NCBI GenBank assembly: GCA_032718475.1
Contig: JAUCBJ010003773.1
Span: 1 to 64,000, forward strand
DNA: 64,000 nt
Direction of reading: 5' to 3'
DNA from: Nemertoderma westbladi
Taxonomy: Eukaryota > Animalia > Xenacoelomorpha
The notes beneath the pieces are model-generated. The model was not told where the DNA came from and ran no database searches. It was given only the letters and a program-made list of their open reading frames with translations. A program made the translations under genes and the position numbers. Shown in pieces: positions 45,601 through 57,055 of the stretch (its first letter is position 1; every line of letters begins with the position of its first letter).

Positions 45601-48600
45601 CTATTTGTGTGCTACGTTTATTTGCTTCCCACACATAGATACTGTTACTATTTGTGTGCTACGTTTACTTGCTTCCCACACATAGATACTGTTACTATTT
45701 GTGTGCTACGTTTATTTGCTTCCCACACATAGATACTGTTACTATTTGTGTGCTACTATTACTTGCTTCCCACACATAGATACTGTTACTATTTGTTTGC
45801 TACGTTTATTTGCTTCCCACACATAGATACTGTTACTATTTGTGAGCTACGTTTATTTGCTTCCCACTCATAGATACTGTTACTATTTGTGTGCTACGTT
45901 TACTTGCTTCCCACACATAGATACTGTTACTATTTGTGTGCTACTATTACTTGCTTCCCACACATAGATACTGTTACTATTTGTTTGCTACGTTTATTTG
46001 CTTCCCACACATAGATACTGTTACTATTTGTGTGCTACGTTTATTTGCTTCCCACTCATAGATACTGTTACTATTTGTGTGCTACGTTTACTTGCTTCCC
46101 ACACATAGATACTGTTACTATTTGTGTGCTACTATTACTTGCTTCCCACACATAGATACTGTTACTATTTGTTTGCTACGTTTATTTGCTTCCCACACAT
46201 AGATACTGTTACTATTTGTGTGCTACTATTACTTGCTTCCCACACATAGATACTGTTACTATTTGTTTGCTACGTTTATTTGCTTCCCACACATAGATAC
46301 TGTTACTATTTGTGTGCTACTATTACTTGCTTCCCACACATAGATACTGTTACTATTTGTGTGCTACGTTTATTTGCTTCCCACACATAGATACTGTTAC
46401 TATTTGTCTGCTACGTTTATTTGCTTCCCACACATAGATACTGTTACTATTTGTGTGCTACGTTTATTTGCTTCCCACACATAGATACTGTTACTATTTG
46501 TCTGCTACGTTTATTTGCTTCCCACACATAGATACTGTTACTATTTGTGTGCTACGTTTATTTGCTTCCCACACATAGATACTGTTACTATTTGTCTGCT
46601 ACGTTTATTTGCTTCCCACACATAGATACTGTTACTATTTGTGTGCTACGTTTATTTGCTTCCCACACATAGATACTGTTACTATTTGTGTGCTACGTTT
46701 ATTTGCTTCCCACACATAGATACTGTTACTATTTGTGTGCTACGTTTACTTGCTTCCCACACATAGATACTGTTACTATTTGTGTGCTACGTTTATTTGC
46801 TTCCCACACATAGATACTGTTACTATTTGTGTGCTACTATTACTTGCTTCCCACACATAGATACTGTTACTATTTGTTTGCTACGTTTATTTGCTTCCCA
46901 CACATAGATACTGTTACTATTTGTGAGCTACGTTTATTTGCTTCCCACTCATAGATACTGTTACTATTTGTGTGCTACGTTTACTTGCTTCCCACACATA
47001 GATACTGTTACTATTTGTGTGCTACTATTACTTGCTTCCCACACATAGATACTGTTACTATTTGTTTGCTACGTTTATTTGCTTCCCACACATAGATACT
47101 GTTACTATTTGTGTGCTACGTTTATTTGCTTCCCACACATAGATACTGTTACTATTTGTGTGCTACTATTACTTGCTTCCCACACATAGATACTGTTACT
47201 ATTTGTTTGCTACGTTTATTTGCTTCCCACACATAGATACTGTTACTATTTGTGAGCTACGTTTATTTGCTTCCCACACATAGATACTGTTACTATTTGT
47301 GTGCTACTATTACTTGCTTCCCACACATAGATACTGTTACTATTTGTTTGCTACGTTTATTTGCTTCCCACACATAGATACTGTTACTATTTGTGTGCTA
47401 CGTTTATTTGCTTCCCACACATAGATACTGTTACTATTTGTGTGCTACTATTACTTGCTTCCCACACATAGATACTGTTACTATTTGTGACCTACGTTTA
47501 TTTGCTTCCCACTCATAGATACTGTTACTATTTGTGTGCTACGTTTATTTGCTTCCCACTCATAGATACTGTTACTATTTGTGTGCTACGTTTATTTGCT
47601 TCCCACACATAGATACTGTTACTATTTGTGTGCTACGTTTATTTGCTTCCCACACATAGATACTGTTACTATTTGTGTGCTACTATTACTTGCTTCCCAC
47701 ACATAGATACTGTTACTATTTGTTTGCTACGTTTATTTGCTTCCCACACATAGATACTGTTACTATTTGTGAGCTACGTTTATTTGCTTCCCACTCATAG
47801 ATACTGTTACTATTTGTGTGCTACTATTACTTGCTTCCCACACATAGATACTGTTACTATTTGTGTGCTACTATTACTTGCTTCCCACACATAGATACTG
47901 TTACTATTTGTGTGCTACTATTACTTGCTTCCCACACATAGATACTGTTACTATTTGTGTGCTACTATTACTTGCTTCCCACACATAGATACTGTTACTA
48001 TTTGTGTGCTACTATTACTTGCTTCCCACACATAGATACTGTTACTATTTGTGTACTACGTTTACTTGCTTCCCACACATAGATACTGTTACTATTTGTG
48101 TGCTACTATTACTTGCTTCCCACACAGAGATACTGTTACTATTTGTGTGCTACTATTACTTGCTTCCCACACATAGATACTGTTACTATTTGTGTGCTAC
48201 TATTACTTGCTTCCCACACATAGATACTGTTACTATTTGTGTGCTACTATTACTTGCTTCCCACACATAGATACTGTTACTATTTGTGTGCTACGTTTAT
48301 TTGCTTCCCACACATAGATACTGTTACTATTTGTGTGCTACATTTATTTGCTTCCCACACATAGATACTGTTACTATTTGTGTGCTACATTTATTTGCTT
48401 CCCACACATAGATACTGTTACTATTTGTGTGCTACTATTACTTGCTTCCCACTCATAGATACTGTTACTATTTGTGTGCTACTATTACTTGCTTCCCACA
48501 CATAGATACTGTTACTATTTGTGTGCTACTATTACTTGCTTCCCACACATAGATACTGTTACTATTTGTGTGCTACGTTTATTTGCTTCCCACACATAGA

Positions 48601-49737
48601 TACTGTTACTATTTGTGAGCTACATTTATTTGCTTCCCACACATAGATACTGTTACTATTTGTGTGCTACTATTACTTGCTTCCCACACATAGATACTGT
48701 TACTATTTGTGTACTATTATTACTTGCTTCCCACACATAGATACTGTTACTATTTGTGTACTACGTTTATTTGCTTCCCACACATAGATACTGTTACTAT
48801 TTGTGTGCTACTATTACTTGCTTCCCACACATAGATACTGTTACTATTTGTCTGCTACGTTTATTTGCTTCCCACTCATAGATACTGTTACTATTTGTGT
48901 GCTACTATTACTTGCTTCCCACACATAGATACTGTTACTATTTGTGTGCTACGTTTATTTGCTTCCCACACATAGATACTGTTACTATTTGTGTGCTACT
49001 ATTACTTGCTTCCCACACATAGATACTGTTACTATTTGTGTGCTACGTTTATTTGCTTCCCACACATAGATACTGTTACTATTTGTGTGCTACGTTTATT
49101 TGCTTCCCACACATAGATACTGTTACTATTTGTGTGCTACTATTACTTGCTTCCCACACATAGATACTGTTACTATTTGTGTGCTACGTTTATTTGCTTC
49201 CCACACATAGATACTGTTACTATTTGTGAGCTACGTTTATTTGCTTCCCACACATAGATACTGTTACTATTTGTGAGCTACGTTTATTTGCTTCCCACAC
49301 ATAGATACTGTTACTATTAGTGTGCTACGTTTATTTGCTTCCCACTCATAGATACTGTTACTATTTGTGTGCTACTATTACTTGCTTCCCACACATAGAT
49401 ACTGTTACTATTTGTGTGCTACTATTATTACTTGCTTCCCACACATAGATACTGTTACTATTTGTGTGCTACGTTTATTTGCTTCCCACTCATAGATACT
49501 GTTACTATTTGTGTGCTACTATTACTTGCTTCCCACACATAGATACTGTTACTATTTGTGTGCTACTATTACTTGCTTCCCACACATAGATACTGTTACT
49601 ATTTGTGTACTATTATTACTTGCTTCCCACACATAGATACTGTTACTATTTGTGTGCTACTATTACTTGCTTCCTCCAACACATAGATGCTGGTACTATT
49701 TGTGTACTATTATTACTTGTTTCCAGCATATAGAGAC
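3641..49737 (+). repeat. 47-bp tandem satellite array, ~980 copies, head-to-tail, intronic
   Basis: Consensus TACTGTTACTATTTGTGTGCTACTATTACTTGCTTCCCACACATAGA. Period checked directly (cttgcttccc at 3661 and 3708). Recurrent variants: ctactattac/ctacgtttat, cttccc/cttcgc, gtgtg/gtgag/gtgta, acacat/actcat, plus +3 and +6 insertions. Copy number is length divided by 47. Confidence 0.99.
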
Positions 49738-49852
49738 AATGTCTGGAATGTGGGGTCGACCTGGTAACGGTGCACCGCTTAGACAGGGTCTGTACAGACG
49801 AGCTACTATAGTGGACCCTAGGAGCCGCTCCATACAACGTGATTGCGGAGAT
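49727..49852 (+). CDS. Gene A exon immediately after the satellite (WGRPGNGAPLR motif)
   Basis: Acceptor ttacttgtttccag|CAT and donor GAT|gtgagt. 126 nt, phase 0-0: HIETMSGMWGRPGNGAPLRQGLYRRATIVDPRSRSIQRDCGD. Confidence 0.8.
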
Positions 49853-50333
49853 GTGAGTCATAATATATTGGACCAGAAGAATACGACCCAGTTATTTATA
49901 TTATTTTATATTATATTCTCTTCCCACTTTTTTGAATATTTATGTTTCAGTGCATTAAATAATTCCTTCAGTTCAAGAAAACATTTTATTTTTTAAGATT
50001 ATAATTAAATTACGAACAAGACCAATTAATAGCAGTCGCCGGGTTGTTATGAAGCTACTTATGTGGTGACCTAAATTTATTTAGACTCAGATCTGTATTC
50101 TAAGTTATACAGATCTTTATAGAACGCTTTAAGGGAAGAGTTCATCGCTCGTTCGTACACCTTTAAGAACCTTTTAGATTTAAAGTTTCTGTATGCCTTT
50201 CTGTTAAACAGCTGTTAGTAAAGTCTTAATGCAATGTTAAGTAAATAAATGTGCTTCCCAGACTATCTAATTTTATTTGTGAATTTATATATTATTAATA
50301 ATATTTACCGTTAAATTATTTATGTTATTTCAG

Positions 50334-50378
50334 ACACTATACACACCGGCGCCGGCATATGACACAGTGCGATTTTGA
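50334..50378 (+). CDS. Gene A terminal coding exon (TLYTPAPAYDTVRF*)
   Basis: Acceptor tatgttatttcag|ACA in phase 0, TGA at 50376-50378, AATAAA about 60 nt downstream. Confidence 0.7.
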   Translation, partial: TLYTPAPAYDTVRF

Positions 50379-50439
50379 TATATTCAGACTGTTGCAGAAC
50401 ATATTCATGACTAAGCATGAATGGTCGTGACTAATCCAT

Positions 50440-50445
50440 AATAAA
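50440..50445 (+). terminator. Putative polyadenylation signal of gene A
   Basis: AATAAA 61 nt after the stop, followed by a GT/T-rich stretch (ttctggttgtt). Confidence 0.45.
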
Positions 50446-50550
50446 TACTGCTCGTTCTGGTTGTTAGACTTACTGTTGTTAACTTCTTGTTTAATTTTTG
50501 GTTAATTGTTTTATATTTTATTTGTTTAAATATTTTTATGTTAAGAATTC

Positions 50551-51266
50551 ACTTTTTTATCCGCAAATATGCGGACATAAAATACTTTTTTGTCCGCATA
50601 TTCGGACAAAAAAGTAATTATCCAATCAAAATTCAAAAATGCTGTTTTAAATTATTTGCCCAATCAACGATCTAGAAGATTTTTCTGTTGATTTCGCATT
50701 ATTTATTCTAGATAACTATTTACGATGGTAATTATTAATAAATTTAGCATTAAAATGTTTAGTTTTAAGATCTTTTGAACAAGTAGCTAGTTTAATCAAA
50801 TTTTTGGTAAGATTATTTGATTAACGTTCTGGAATATCACCTTCAATAACACAGTATAGCTAATTAATAGTAGCTACTGTTTATTTACGCAATGGCGCAG
50901 AATTGACATCAAATTTGCGATAACTTTGTTACTTCCAATTCAAAAGGGAATATTTTAAAGAAAGATTAAATGGTAGCTACTGATGCTCAATGTGCCTTCA
51001 ACTTCCAATAATTGTATTTAATATTATTCATAATTAATATTAGAATATTCTAAATGTGGGTTGATTTTGGGCAAAAAGTAGTTTTTGTCCGCATTTTTGG
51101 GGAGAAAAAGTGAATTTCTAAAAGAAAACAACATCTTCTACAATTATAAATCATTTCTTGTCATCTTTTTAATCCGCATTTCCTCAAAATAGTAGAATAT
51201 GCATTTTTATAATGTGCCAATTCTATTCTATTCTATACTATTCCTCGAAAATACGGATAAAAAAGT
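50551..51266. mobile_element. Probable non-autonomous DNA transposon (MITE-like)
   Basis: 13-bp inverted ends acttttttatccg (50551) and cggataaaaaagt (51254-51266). Internal copies of a ttttt(g/a)tccgca motif in both orientations. No coding capacity and no TSD identified. Confidence 0.45.
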
Positions 51267-52216
51267 CGGACAAAAAAATACTACTTTCTTTTTGTAAAAG
51301 AAATAGTTCTACAATTTTTGCCCACCTAAATGTAAACTATTACCTTTGTAATGCATTCAAAGCTTAATTTCAAATAATTGACAAAACGTGTTATATGAAA
51401 AGGAGTACATAAGTACGATTTTGTTTCAATTGCTTTACATGTTTACTGTTCTGACCTGATCAGGCGATGGGACAGGTCAGCCAAGGTGTACTATTGATAT
51501 TTATTCATGGCCTGAAAAAAAATCGCAATTGATAAACTTGCAAATATTTACAACATAATGTTGTTCTTTAATTAATAAATAGTAAACAGGAGGAGCGGAT
51601 CTATCGGAAACGATAAATATAATAAAGTTAATATATTGTATTATTCGGCCAAAGGCCATTATTCAACCTCAGTAGCCTACATACATATGTCTGACTTGAC
51701 AAACCGTTGAATGAGGTTCCGTTATTTACGAAACCAAAAGGAGGGAAATCTAAAATTAAACACAAAAATTGATAGTCACGCGTGTCGAAGCCTGGATTTT
51801 CCCGCTACAAAATCCCCTTGAATAATATAATCACTTTCAGCTTTATTTCCCGCTAGCCAACTTGTATACTGTATTTGCGGACTTTCTTCTCTGACTTTAT
51901 TAGCGTGTACTCTATGAACTTACTAAGAATATTGTCAAAAGTCACAGTAATTTCTCATTTCCAGATGTAAATATATTCCATTGGATAATAAATGTTAATA
52001 ATAATGTTAAGCCAATAGGAGGTCTCCATACGATTTCTTAGTAAAGTGAATGGATTGATTGGTGGATATGATGCACGCGAGGGTTTGCTGTAAGTGTCAC
52101 ACAGTTGATAGTCTTTACGTCTTGAGTGCTTGATATTTAGATATTTTATTACATTACGGTACAGTACTGCAGTACAGCAGTAGGCTCTGTTATACCATCA
52201 GAACAATATCAATACA

Positions 52217-52420
52217 GTAACCTGTTCTTTTCCCTCAATTGGTGACTTTATCGTTTATTGTTTTGGTTAAAAAAGCCTGCCTCTGTAACCGATTCCTTTC
52301 CCTCAATTGGTAACAATATCGTTTATTGTTTTAGTTAGAAAAGCCTGCCTCTGTAACCTATTCCTTTTCCTCAATTGGTTACAATATTGTTTATTGTTTT
52401 GGGTAGAAACGTCCGCCTTT
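52217..52420 (+). repeat. 68-bp minisatellite, ~3 copies
   Basis: (c/t)cctcaattgg recurs at 52232, 52300 and 52368, with shared gtttattgtttt...gcctgcctctgtaacc. Confidence 0.9.
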
Positions 52421-53163
52421 CTCTTTTTATATATATCACCCTAACCTAACATAAATTCCTTCGAGACTGATAGTTTAACGTACTGAATCAGTCAGCATTA
52501 TATGCTATTATATGCTATAGTAGGTCATGGCTGACTCTTTATATTAGCTTTTTATATTCTCATAGCCAATTCGTGAAGGAAGACCGCTTATCCGACGATC
52601 AATATCGTCAACCTTCTATAGATGTTTTTGTAGGTAGGCTACAGTATTCACCAGTCAGCTAGTATAATTAGATTCAAGGGGGATAACATTTGCGCGAAGG
52701 GACAATATGTGCTAGCAGATTTGGTCCTAGGGGGTCAAAATCGTACGTGTACTCCTTTTTCCATATGACAATTTCAACTATTGTTTAGGGAATTTGACAT
52801 TCAAACAAAATAATGTAAGTTCAAATGTAAGATCAAATACTACATTGGTTATATGTACAGTATCATGTTAAGATGTATAACTTTATTATTACTGTTACTT
52901 TTTACTAATTATATACTGATATCTTTTTCACTTGAATAAGTAAATATTTAGTTAAAAGACCTTCAACTTTTTTTTATTAATGTAAAATGTTGGGGACAAC
53001 AACTAACTTCCATACAGTACTACAGTACATTGGTCCTTTCAGTTCAGCATGTACAGTTAGTCTTACAGTGCATGCAGTGCTTCCCAGTACCTTCGAACAT
53101 AAGCCTATGTTATTTATTGGCCAGAAAGATTAAACTATAAAAAAATGTTTTTAACAAAGCAGA

Positions 53164-53410
53164 TTGTGTATCATAAATGGAAGAAAAGTACGTGGTGATG
53201 ATAATAGTGATTTTACATTAGTTAATTCCAGGGGGAAGTCAGTAGTTGACTATGAACTACTGTAGTCGCCTCTGACTGTTTTGATCATTGTATTAAATTT
53301 GATGTTATTTCCAGCACCAATTTTGGAGACAAGCACTCATGTTTGGATCAAATTAATGATAAATGCAGGATACCAGACGACTCTCTTCTTGTGCTGGAGC
53401 TGGAGCCAAT
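53164..53410 (+). mobile_element. Relic of a non-LTR retrotransposon APE-type endonuclease
   Basis: Translates LCIINGRKVRGDDNSDFTLVNSRGKSVVDY then a stop, with IPDDSLLVLEL further on. Matches the NGR..GD...FT....G.S.VDY...(S/P)DH pattern of LINE endonuclease C-termini. Confidence 0.65.
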
Positions 53411-54604
53411 ATGTTCTCGTAGATTTTTAAGTCAATAATTCGCTAGATGTTTTCTGACAAGATCAATGGTTTTGTAGCAGATAAAACTTCCAGATTTAAA
53501 ACTAACAGGTTTAATTTTAACATTAACATTTTTTAACATTTTACATTTCATTTTAATTTCTGACATCATAATATAGTGACTTGAATTTTTACTGGCTGGG
53601 GGACGGGGTCTGATAGAAGGCAACGCATGGGTAAATAAAAAGAGAAATATTTATTAGTAATATTTATAATATATAATTACTAATATTTATAGGTTGTTTG
53701 TGCATTAGAACACTCTAAATATACTATACATACACACGTTATGTATGTCTATCAAGTTAAAACATTATGTTGTTGTTTAAAATTAAATAATGTTCTTGCC
53801 TCATCGTTTTTGTGTGAATTTATTTATTTTTCTATGATATTACTAAAATTTTTTTATTTTTTTTTAAATTATTACTAAAATTATTTAACAAAAGTGTGAT
53901 CTAAAGGGTTTTAGTTGTATAAGATGGTAGATGCTTTATACTGGCCTGTAAGATGGTAAGCCTAAGTATGAGTGTCTGTATCCTGATAGGTTCTACTTAC
54001 TTACTCTCTTAGTAATATCAGAATATGTGAGTCTGTAAAAAGCAAAAGGTACATTACACTGTAAAAAAGCAAAAGGTACATTACAATGTTAAACAGCGAC
54101 ACAAATAAATCATGAAACAAAGCTAGTTACAGGAAAATAAATATAGATATTTAATTTTATTTTGTGAAAAAAAGTGTAACAAAAATTATCATATTGTGTT
54201 TTGTTAACTGGATAATATAATTATTCAACAATAACGGGTTTTCCAATATTTAGAATGCGACCCAGTCCGGCCCTCGGGCTGGTCCATCTCTGCGATATCC
54301 TGCGTCAGGTTTCCTTACCAAAATTGAGAATTCCCCTCCATTTATCACACTTACGACACCCCCCTCCCGGCCTAGCACACGCATCCCCAGTCTTTCAAAG
54401 GGAATGTTTTTGGTCTGGGTAAACGTGGGTCATATAATCAGAGAGACATGAAATACAAGAGAGAAGTGAAATTCAACTGTCAGAAAAACCTTTAAGGGTC
54501 GGTATTGTATTAGTTTTACTATTTTTTTTATATTTTTTTTATTAACTTTCGTTATAACATTGTTACCGTTATTTAGACTGTAAATATAAACATAATAATG
54601 AATA

Positions 54605-55111
54605 TTATTGTTGTATCTGGCAACCATTGATTAATTGTAGTTTATGTTTCTGTATGTTTGAAAAACAATTGTAAACCCCAGTTCCGCTATCCAGGGAACT
54701 GTTATTCAGACGTAGACATTCCACTAAATCAACGATCTTAATGAAATTTATAACATACGTAATTTCATTACAAGTGGCATTCAAGGATTCGCACCACCCA
54801 ATTTCAAATTCCATCGGGTAATAGCTTGTATTTCGAACTTTCGTCATTCGAAATATGCAGGCTGGGCTTATCTCTCCATTGAGCCGTGGTTGTGTTTCTC
54901 TCCATCTGGGGCCTTCACCGAGATTCGTGGTTCCTGAAGGATTGTCGTTGTATTGGCGAACCGTTATAGATGGTCCGTTGGTTCCTCTGGAATCCGTTTG
55001 ATTAACAGCGTCTTCACTTGCATTGTCGCTAGGCTGTCCGTTTCCTATAGGAACTGCTACAATTGGACTGATGAATGCATCCTGTATAACCAGCAAAACC
55101 AGCAAAACAAA
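54605..55111 (-). CDS. Gene B main exon: secreted Cys-rich protein, cystine-knot-like (PTTH/Trunk/IL-17-like pattern)
   Basis: Minus-strand acceptor atatttttgtag|TTT in phase 0. Hydrophobic FVLLVLLVIQDAFISPIVA, a low-complexity pro-region, then a 6-Cys domain SPAC...YYPMEFEIGWC...TC...EC...NC...NGC. Several N-x-S/T sites. Same frame as ORF 54605..55105. Confidence 0.7.
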   Translation of the reverse strand, partial: FVLLVLLVIQDAFISPIVAVPIGNGQPSDNASEDAVNQTDSRGTNGPSITVRQYNDNPSGTTNLGEGPRWRETQPRLNGEISPACIFRMTKVRNTSYYPMEFEIGWCESLNATCNEITYVINFIKIVDLVECLRLNNSSLDSGTGVYNCFSNIQKHKLQLINGCQIQQ

Positions 55112-55326
55112 CTACAAAAATATATCATTAGTGTTAGAATATGTGTATATATGTGAATATGTGTTATAGGCCAGGCCTACATAACATAATGTAAATAACA
55201 AAATATAAGCACAATAAAATAACAAGCAAATATAAGCACTATGGATACTGTAATGTAAACGAATTGTAATAAAAGTGATTCAGTAATCTTTCTTCTTATC
55301 TTTATCTTTGTCTTTCATTATAATAT

Positions 55327-55775
55327 ACTACTACTACAATCGGCATGCTGCTTTGCTGCTGCATTATATATATATATATATATATATATTACATGCATAT
55401 TAAGAATGCTGTGTCGGCTTGTCGACAAAATTGCGCAGCCACAACTCCCAATCAAACGTGACATTTGCTAGATCATCCGCATCTTCAAGGCCAGTGTCCT
55501 TTAAGATGCGGTTCAAGAAAGTCATGGGCTGTCCACCACGCGTATTTTCTCCATGGGCTGCCAAATCACGAGATTATGCACTGGCTGGTCCTCACGGCGA
55601 AAGCAATGTCCTGGAAAGCGGAGGCGGCTTTGTTGTAGTATCAAGCTTGGGGGAACCAATGAGACACCTCCAATGTTAAATAGTGTCTGGTTGGAGATGT
55701 GTGCATTGTACTTGACACAATGAACCCGGCGTAGCATTCTTGTGAATGTGCCATCCAGAGATTTGGTATCCTCTG
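55327..55775 (-). mobile_element. Second, shorter copy of the same LINE 3' end
   Basis: Aligns by eye with ~55812-56222 with scattered substitutions. Has its own (TAC)n tail at ~55326-55337 and an internal (TA)n. Flanked by the direct repeat cattataatat (55316-55326 and 55776-55786). Confidence 0.85.
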
Positions 55776-55788
55776 CATTATAATATGA

Positions 55789-56680
55789 ACTACTACTACT
55801 ACTACTACTAGGATCGGCATGCTGCATTGCAGCTGCATTTTTAAGAATGCTGTGCCGGCTTGTCGACAAAATTGCGCCGCCACAACTCCCTATCACCCAT
55901 GACATTTGCTAGATCATCCGCATCTTCAAGGCCAGTGTCCTTTAAGATGCGTCTCACGAAAGTCATGGGCTGTCCACCATGCTTATTCACTCGATGAGGC
56001 TGCCAAATTACAAGATTATGCAGTGGCTGATCCTCACGGCAAAAGCAATGTCCTGCAAAGCGGAGGCGATTTTGTTCTAGTAAGTGTCAAGCTTGGGGGA
56101 ACCAATGAGACACCTCCAATGTTATATAGTGTCTGGTTGGAGATGTGTGCATTGTACTTGACACAATGAACCCGGCGTAGCATTCTTGTGAATGTGCCAT
56201 CCAGAGATTTGGTGTCCTCAGCAGTTAGAGCCCAGCATGGACTCCCATAGAGGAGTACTGGAACTACTGCTGCTCTAAATAATGGGACCTTAAGTTTCCG
56301 ATTAATTCTCGGTGACTTCCAAATCCTGGAAAGCCTATTCAAGGCTGCCCATGCCTTTCCCTTACGTATTCGAAGGTCCTCACCTGACTTCCGGATCCAT
56401 GATCCCAGGTAACAGAAGTCGTCCACATGCTCAAGCATACCATCCTTTGAGCTTATGCTCATCCGATCAGTGACTTGCTGAGGACTTTCAAAGTTAACTG
56501 TCACAATTTTGGTCTTTCTGGAGTTAATAAAAAGACCAACACTAGAAGCAGCATTTTGGGCTCCTTCTAGTGATTCTGAGAGTACTCCTAAGTCATCAGC
56601 AAAGTCCAGATCAGTTAGGTACATGGCAGGATTTCCTTGACTTCTGGAGCCAGTAGGTGGAGTTATCATCCGCCCATCAT
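55789..56680 (-). mobile_element. 5'-truncated RTE-like LINE (RT C-terminal half, 3' end and (TAG)n tail), in gene B intron
   Basis: ORF 56034..56669 has YLTDLDFADDL, FCYLGSWI, RIRKGKAWAALNRLSRIWKS and LLYGS, typical of RTE-type non-LTR RT and thumb regions. Frameshifted near 56080. (TAC)n on + at 55789-55810. Confidence 0.85.
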
Positions 56681-57055
56681 CATTATGATGATCTTATTAT
56701 TAATTATTATATATATATATATTATATTATTAATGATTATTAAAGTTGTTAAAGTTATTAAAGTAAAAAAGTTGAGAAGAAATATTAATAAATTAATTTT
56801 ATTACAATTCGTTTACGTTACAGTATCCCTAGTGCTGATTTCAAATTATAGAAATATTAATATAATATTACTCCAGCTGATGATGTATATAGAAAAAATA
56901 TACGAAACGTTCCGAACAAATTTGTTAATATAACAATCCTGCACATATTTCTAAAAAATTGTTATCACTAGAAATTATTCTTAAGGAACAAGTATTGTTT
57001 TATCTTATTAATACAGTGTAACAAAATTTTATTAAGATCAACTAGAAAAACTTAC

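Noticed and set aside
3569-48270. Cys/Tyr-rich ORFs in the array (3569..3772, 38693..38959, 41889..42110, 41936..42157, 48004..48270)
   Set aside because: 47 is not a multiple of 3, so each frame hits TAG every 141 nt. The longer ORFs arise only at the array edge or where a single substitution or indel bypasses a stop.
11811-49500. Compensatory pairing between the gtgag and actcat variants in the unit hairpin
   Set aside because: The two changed bases do not face each other in either stem register and they rarely co-occur.
3641-49737. CRISPR-like array
   Set aside because: Units are contiguous with only a few recurring variants. There are no unique spacers or cas genes, and the context is eukaryotic with introns.
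49652-49996. 114-aa ORF as a standalone gene
   Set aside because: Only 49727-49852 is bounded by splice sites. The rest is repeat or AT-rich intron read-through.
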